Source: Acaryochloris thomasi RCC1774
GTDB lineage: Bacteria; Cyanobacteriota; Cyanobacteriia; Thermosynechococcales; Thermosynechococcaceae
Direction of reading: 5' to 3'
DNA length: 32,000 bases
NCBI RefSeq assembly: GCF_003231495.1
Contig: NZ_PQWO01000017.1
Location: forward strand, 30,001 to 62,000
The translations under genes and the position numbers were made by a program. Numbering within the stretch: the stretch's first letter is position 1; every line of letters starts with the position of its first letter. The notes under the pieces were generated by a model. The model was given only the letters and a program-made list of their open reading frames with translations. It made no database searches and was not told the DNA's origin. This document shows positions 26,268-32,000 of the stretch, in pieces.

Positions 26268-26684
26268 ATGAGCTTCGGAGATTACATGAAATTTTCTCTC
26301 GCGCTGCAGCAAAATCCAAAGACTCCATCGCCGACGGCCTTAACGAGTGCTGTCGCTGCTTGTCTACCCGCAAATGATCAGCAAGCTGCTCCAGAGAAAG
26401 ATCGTTCCACGTTCTCTCAACGTCCCCCGTCAGAGTACCCCTCTATCGCTGTGCAAGCCTTCATGAAGGGATGTGAGCGGAGTGGTGAAGCGCCGCCCGG
26501 ATTCTGTCAGTGCTCGATTGATGAAGTTCAAAAGCAGATGTCTTTTGATGCATTTGTACGGTGGACGTTTCAAGAACAGCAAGATGTATCTAATCTCCCT
26601 CCTGCATTTCAGAAGTCTGTACTTCTATGCGCCCTGAAGCATGGCGAGCCTCAGCGGGGGAGGCCACAACTGCCTAGCGTTTGA
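26268..26684 (+). CDS. hypothetical small Cys-containing protein, first ORF of the NfeD-flotillin operon
   Basis: 138-aa ORF. The C-terminal half looks protein-like (AFMKGCERSGEAPPGFCQCSIDEVQKQMSFDAFVRWTF). The N-terminal part is low-complexity with a possible lipobox (AVAAC). Start uncertain (ATG 26268 or 26286). The 5' end overlaps minus-strand ORFs. Confidence 0.45.
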   Translation: MSFGDYMKFSLALQQNPKTPSPTALTSAVAACLPANDQQAAPEKDRSTFSQRPPSEYPSIAVQAFMKGCERSGEAPPGFCQCSIDEVQKQMSFDAFVRWTFQEQQDVSNLPPAFQKSVLLCALKHGEPQRGRPQLPSV

Positions 26685-26757
26685 GCTGGTGAGTCCTTAT
26701 TTATACCCTGCTGTGCCTGATCATCGCTCCTGATAAATACTTTCATGGTGAACCAAC

Positions 26758-27081
26758 ATGGTTGTACTGATCTGTTTTTCCATTGGCGTTGGTGTCGGTT
26801 GCGGGGTTGCGATCGCAACCCTCATCTGGCTGCGGCGGCGAGACCAGGTTATCGACAGTCTCATCCAGCTAGAGCAGTTAGTGGGTCATGCGGGCACGGT
26901 GGAAATGCCGTTTGATCACCACAGTCAGGGCAAGGTGCGGGTGGATATCAATGGCTCTGCCCTTAACCTGCGGGCCTTTACTGACGACGTTCAGGGGTTC
27001 AAATTAGGCGATCGTGTCGTTGTGATGGCAACCCAGGGCGATCGGGTGTGGGTGGTCTCAGAGCAGACTTTCAAAACTTAG
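26758..27081 (+). CDS. short NfeD-family protein (TM helix + C-terminal OB-fold)
   Basis: 107 aa. N-terminal TM (VVLICFSIGVGVGCGVAIATLIWL), then the NfeD OB pattern GHAGTVEMPF....GKVRVDINGSALNLRAF......FKLGDRVVVMATQGDRVWV. Sits directly upstream of the flotillin genes, as in known NfeD-SPFH operons. Confidence 0.75.
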   Translation: MVVLICFSIGVGVGCGVAIATLIWLRRRDQVIDSLIQLEQLVGHAGTVEMPFDHHSQGKVRVDINGSALNLRAFTDDVQGFKLGDRVVVMATQGDRVWVVSEQTFKT

Positions 27082-27124
27082 CGAAAGTCATACTTCCAGC
27101 GTTTGCAATTGTATCGAGGTAACC

Positions 27125-28513
27125 ATGAATAAGCAGCTTTATTCAACTGACCGGATCATCGCTCAGTCTTCAGAAGGAACCACAACTCAGCCGGGGTTCG
27201 ATGTTGAAATTCAGCCCCCCTCTAATATTCTGGGTGTCGGATTGCCTCTGGCTTTAGCCGTCTGCGGTAGTGTGCTGAGCGTTTGGTTTTTGAAGTCTTT
27301 CTTAGTGATTTGTAAGCCCAGCGAAGTGGTCATTCTCTCGGGGCGTAAGTGGCGCACTCCAGAGGGTCAGCGGGTCGGCTACCGCGTGATCACCGGGGGG
27401 CGTGCGATGCGCATCCCCATCGTGGAGACGGTGAAGCGGATGGATGTCACGACGATGCCCGTGCCGGTGGAAGTCCATAATGCCTATTCCAAAGGCGGAA
27501 TTCCCTTGCATATTCAGGCGATCGCAAATATCAAAATCTCCAGCAATCCCAAGGTGGTCGGTAATGCCATTGAGCGATTCTTGGGGCATAAACGCACAGA
27601 AATTATCCGAGTCGCTCAAGAAACATTGGCGGGCAATCTGCGCGGCGTTGTCGCCACCCTAACCCCAGAACAGGTCAACGAAGATCGTCTCAAATTTGCC
27701 GAACATATTGCCTCAGATGTCAGCCGACAACTGCAGACCTTAGGGCTCCATTTAGATATTCTCAAAATTCAGAGCGTTGCAGACGATGTCGACTACCTCA
27801 GTTCTCTCGGTCGCAAGCGAATCGCCATGATTTTGCGTGATGCCGAAGTGGCAGAGTCTGATGCACTAACGGCGGCAGAACAAGAGGAGGCTGAGTGCCA
27901 GGAGCGGTCGCAGGTGGCCGAGACTCAGGATCGGATTGTGATCATTGAGCAGGAGAATCAGCTCCGTAAAATCACAGCCCAACTGGAGCGACAGGCGCGC
28001 TCTGAAGAAGAAATTACCGTCGCGGCGACAAATGAACGACAGGCCAAAATGGAGCAAGTCTTACAAACCCTCCGGGCCAAAGTAGAGCGCTTGCGGCTGC
28101 AGGCCGATCAAATCTTACCGGCTCAAGCACAACAGCAGGCCGCAGAGCTACGACAGCGGGGCAACGCCGCCATTTTGGAGGAGAACGCTCGCGCTGCGGC
28201 CCTCGTCAACGACATGCTAGCTGAGGTATGGCAAGAGATTGGCACGGATGCCTCTCAAGTCTTCTTAAGTCAGCAGATCGAAACCGTGCTGCGTGAGGCA
28301 GTGCAGATTCCTGAGCGACTGAAGCTGCACCAGGTCAGCGTGGTGGACAACGGCGATGGTAAGGCCATCGCGAGCCTAGTCAAAGTTTACCCCCAGGTAG
28401 TGCGCCAGTTCCTAGACAGTCTCCACGAAACCCTGGGGATTGATGTCGTCGGCACGCTGACGCAGGCACAACTGCCTTCCTCGGATAGCCATTCTCATCA
28501 ACTACAAGCATAG
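27125..28513 (+). CDS. flotillin-family SPFH (band 7) protein, paralogue 1
   Basis: 462 aa. Membrane hairpin, SPFH core (AYSKGGIPLHIQAIANIKI...NAIERFLG...ETLAGNLRGVVATLTPEQVNEDR...DYLSSLGRKRIA), then a long E/A/Q-rich coiled-coil flotillin domain. ATG preceded by GAGGT. Confidence 0.85.
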   Translation: MNKQLYSTDRIIAQSSEGTTTQPGFDVEIQPPSNILGVGLPLALAVCGSVLSVWFLKSFLVICKPSEVVILSGRKWRTPEGQRVGYRVITGGRAMRIPIVETVKRMDVTTMPVPVEVHNAYSKGGIPLHIQAIANIKISSNPKVVGNAIERFLGHKRTEIIRVAQETLAGNLRGVVATLTPEQVNEDRLKFAEHIASDVSRQLQTLGLHLDILKIQSVADDVDYLSSLGRKRIAMILRDAEVAESDALTAAEQEEAECQERSQVAETQDRIVIIEQENQLRKITAQLERQARSEEEITVAATNERQAKMEQVLQTLRAKVERLRLQADQILPAQAQQQAAELRQRGNAAILEENARAAALVNDMLAEVWQEIGTDASQVFLSQQIETVLREAVQIPERLKLHQVSVVDNGDGKAIASLVKVYPQVVRQFLDSLHETLGIDVVGTLTQAQLPSSDSHSHQLQA

Positions 28514-28523
28514 GGGAACAATT

Positions 28524-29741
28524 ATGGAACTCATTCTCATCTTCATGGGCCTCGGAAGCCTTAGCGTTGCCACTGGCTGGGGCGTCATTCAAAACTTCTA
28601 TCGCATTTGCCAACCCAGCGAAGTCTTGATCTTTGCCGGTCGCCGGACGCGATTAGCCAGTGGTCAGTCCATGGGCTATCGCCTAGTCAAGGGCGGCAGC
28701 AGTCTGCAGGTGCCCCTATTAGAGCAGACCTTCCACATGGATCTGACGAATATGATTATTGACCTGCAGGTGACCGGGGCCTATTCCAAAGGCGGCATTC
28801 CGCTGACGGTTACAGGGGTCGCCAACATCAAAATTGCCAGTACAGAACCGACTATTCACAACGCCATTGAACGTCTCTTGGGTAAAAAGCGGGAGCAGAT
28901 TGAGCAACTGGCGAAAGAAACCCTAGAGGGAAATCTACGGGGAGTACTAGCAAGTCTCACACCAGAACAGGCCAATTCCGACCAGCTTGCCTTTGCCAAG
29001 AGCCTTTTAGACGAGGCCGAAGAAGATCTAGAAAAACTGGGCCTTTTATTGGACAGCTTGCAAATTCAAACCATTTCTGACGAAGTGAGCTATCTCGATT
29101 CTTTAGGGCGTCAGCAGCAAGCAGAGCTGATCCGCGACGCTCGCATTGCAGAAGCTCAGTCCAGAGCCGAGTCTGTGATTAAGGACTCGGCCAACCTCCG
29201 CAGTACCGCACTCCGAAAGCTGCAGCGGGACGAAGAAATTGCCAAGGCTAATGCGGAAAAACGGGTACGGGATGCGCTGACAAAAAGGGTAGCGGCGATC
29301 GCAGAGGTTGAATCTGTTGTAGAGGTCCAGGTTGCTCGCGTCAAGGCTGAAGCTGCTGTGGAAACAGAGCGAATTCATCAGGTAGAGCAGCAGCTTCAAG
29401 CGGAAGTGATTGCCCCAGCTGAAGCGGACTGTGAAGTTGCGATCGCATCTGCCAAAGGCCAAGCCGCCCGCATTATCGAAGAAGGTAAAGCCCAGGCCAC
29501 CGGCACTCGACAGTTGGGGCAATCTTGGCAGTCGGCTGGGTCCAATGCTCAGGACATTTTTATGTTTCAGCAGCTGCATATTTTAACCAAATTAATGGCC
29601 GCTAGCGTCCCGGAAGTAAGCGTGAAAAACGTCAGCGTTATCGATACCCAAGACGGGGCCACCGCCACTAAATTGGCCGCCTTCATAGAACAATTCCAGC
29701 AAGCCACCGGCATAGATATGTATCGAATGCTAGGGAAATAG
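28524..29741 (+). CDS. flotillin-family SPFH (band 7) protein, paralogue 2
   Basis: 405 aa. Same architecture as paralogue 1 (AYSKGGIPLTVTGVANIKI...NAIERLLG...ETLEGNLRGVLASLTPEQANSDQ...SYLDSLGRQQQA). Starts 10 nt after the paralogue 1 stop. Confidence 0.85.
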   Translation: MELILIFMGLGSLSVATGWGVIQNFYRICQPSEVLIFAGRRTRLASGQSMGYRLVKGGSSLQVPLLEQTFHMDLTNMIIDLQVTGAYSKGGIPLTVTGVANIKIASTEPTIHNAIERLLGKKREQIEQLAKETLEGNLRGVLASLTPEQANSDQLAFAKSLLDEAEEDLEKLGLLLDSLQIQTISDEVSYLDSLGRQQQAELIRDARIAEAQSRAESVIKDSANLRSTALRKLQRDEEIAKANAEKRVRDALTKRVAAIAEVESVVEVQVARVKAEAAVETERIHQVEQQLQAEVIAPAEADCEVAIASAKGQAARIIEEGKAQATGTRQLGQSWQSAGSNAQDIFMFQQLHILTKLMAASVPEVSVKNVSVIDTQDGATATKLAAFIEQFQQATGIDMYRMLGK

Positions 29742-29772
29742 GCTGCCTTCGATCCCCCCGTCGCTTCGCACC

Positions 29773-30816
29773 CTATTTCCAACCCGCTCGGTCAGCTATC
29801 TTCAGCGCTTCTGGATTATTGCGACCATAGGCACTGACGTTAACCGTATCAGCCTTAAACTCGCCATAGGTATCAATAATCTTAGAGTTCTTAGTTCCCT
29901 CTACGGCCGGATACTCATTATTGCTATCGGCAAAAATAGCTTGGGCTGCAGGGCTGGCTAAATACTCAATAAACTTGACGGCGTTCTCTTTATGAGGTGC
30001 ATTAGCGACAACACCTGCGCCACTAATATTAACGTGGGTTCCACGCCCGTCCTGATTTGGAAACAACACCGTTGTTTTAGCAGTAACGTCCAGATCTTCT
30101 GCCTTCTCTGAACTGGCAAGTCGAGCCACATAGTAGTGATTGGCAATAGCGGCATCGCATTGTCCCGCAGCCACCGATTTGATTTGTGAGATGTCGCCCC
30201 CTTCAGGATCACGGGCAAAGTTGCTCACCAGCCCCTTCACCCAAGCTTCCGTCTTTTCAGTACCCTGCGATTCAACCATAGAACCCAGAAGTGACTGGTT
30301 ATAGACATTACTAGAGCTACGAACACAGACGCGTCCCTTCCACTCTGGCTGGGCAAGATCTTCGTAGGTCGAGAGCTGATCAGGTTGGACGCGGTCTTTG
30401 TTATAGACAATGACTCTGGCTCGGCGCGTCAACCCAAACCACAGCCCCTCCGGGTGGCGCAAACTTGCAGGAATTTTTTCTTCTAGCGCAGCAGACGAGA
30501 TAGGCTGCAGCAGCTGAGCTTCTTCTGCTCGCCATAGACGGCCAGCATCAACCATCACCAGCACATCGGCCTTTGTATTGCTGCCTTCATTTTTGATCCG
30601 CTCCAGCAGCTCGTCGTTTTTGCCCTCTATCAAATTCACCTTGATGCCGGTTTGTTCTGTAAAGGTGTCATAGAGAAGCTGATCGGTATCGTAGTGACGG
30701 GCCGAATAGACATTGACCTCAGCCTGCGGCGATGAATCTTGGCTGGCACACCCCCATAGAGCTAATGCAGCGAGTCCAGCAAGATAGCAACGTCCCATAT
30801 GCCTGTAATTACGCAT
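29773..30816 (-). CDS. futA: Fe(3+) ABC-transporter periplasmic substrate-binding protein (FutA/IdiA type), lipoprotein
   Basis: 347 aa. Lipobox LALWGC, then VNVYSARHYDTDQLLYDTFTEQTGIKVNLIEGK..EL.ERI..EG....ADVL and ...NEYP, typical of FutA/IdiA/AfuA. Alternative start at ATG 30798. Confidence 0.88.
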   Translation of the reverse strand: MRNYRHMGRCYLAGLAALALWGCASQDSSPQAEVNVYSARHYDTDQLLYDTFTEQTGIKVNLIEGKNDELLERIKNEGSNTKADVLVMVDAGRLWRAEEAQLLQPISSAALEEKIPASLRHPEGLWFGLTRRARVIVYNKDRVQPDQLSTYEDLAQPEWKGRVCVRSSSNVYNQSLLGSMVESQGTEKTEAWVKGLVSNFARDPEGGDISQIKSVAAGQCDAAIANHYYVARLASSEKAEDLDVTAKTTVLFPNQDGRGTHVNISGAGVVANAPHKENAVKFIEYLASPAAQAIFADSNNEYPAVEGTKNSKIIDTYGEFKADTVNVSAYGRNNPEALKIADRAGWK

Positions 30817-31142
30817 GACAAGTATCGGTCTCTTTAATGAAAATCTTTCTTAATAGGAATCCTAAGGTATCGAAGTTTTGCCCCATCTGTCAATCCGAGC
30901 AAGGTTTCACTTGCTGTTCATGCCGTCAATCGGCGATATGGACGGGCTTCCTAAAAAGAGATTAGACCTTCAGCGAAGTCAGGCTCATCATCTTCGAGCA
31001 CTTGGGTGAAGTTCGCCACGTGCTGATTCGACGAGTCGATTCAGCATCATCTACACAAGAGAAAGAAGCAATCCGTTGGCTGTCGCTGTCTTTCAAGCAA
31101 AGCCTTGGCGGTTTCCGTGGCGAGCGATCTAGCCGGATCGTC

Positions 31143-32000
<858 letters not shown>

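Noticed and set aside
25821-26373. Minus-strand ORFs of 63, 89 and 85 aa and the plus-strand 89-aa ORF (25916-26185) as genes
   Set aside because: They have no SD and non-ATG or weak starts. They overlap one another and lie in AT-rich context, and I recognise no family. They are kept as a region-level finding only.
26758-29741. NfeD-flotillin operon as an anti-phage defence system
   Set aside because: No nuclease, NTPase, TIR, Sir2 or other effector domain is present, and no mobile-element or defence-island neighbours. SPFH/NfeD modules have well-known housekeeping membrane roles.

Overview
Chromosomal segment of a cyanobacterium. Evidence: about 19 copies of the HIP1 octamer GCGATCGC found by eye, a psbD gene, and the cyanobacterial/plastid-type str operon rpsL-rpsG-fusA-tuf-rpsJ. 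Positions 1-20.3 kb are mostly housekeeping: a DinG-like helicase homologue with degenerate ATPase motifs, pheA, a Lon-N-domain protein, the str operon, ybaB, murB-murC, a TrmJ-like methyltransferase, a membrane-anchored class-A-beta-lactamase-fold hydrolase, an orphan Hpt protein, obg, a NarL-type response regulator, an M28 lipoprotein peptidase and a monocistronic psbD. Positions 21.2-29.7 kb look accessory and hold the two most interesting modules, transcribed divergently from a 0.7-kb AT-rich spacer. (i) A tightly packed minus-strand cassette: a sigma-70-like protein, a DUF1822 protein, and an 875-aa protein with a cytoplasmic CHAT (caspase-fold) protease domain, one TM helix and a periplasmic LivK-type (type 1 PBP, Venus-flytrap) ligand-binding domain. 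I interpret this as an uncharacterised ligand-gated proteolytic signalling system feeding a dedicated sigma factor. (ii) A plus-strand operon: a small Cys protein, a short NfeD, and two diverged tandem flotillins. The window ends with an orphan FutA/IdiA-type iron-binding protein and an alpha-oxoamine synthase gene whose 5' end lies beyond the window edge. No tRNA, rRNA, CRISPR array, transposase or integrase was recognised. All domain calls come from reading the translations by eye; no database search was possible.
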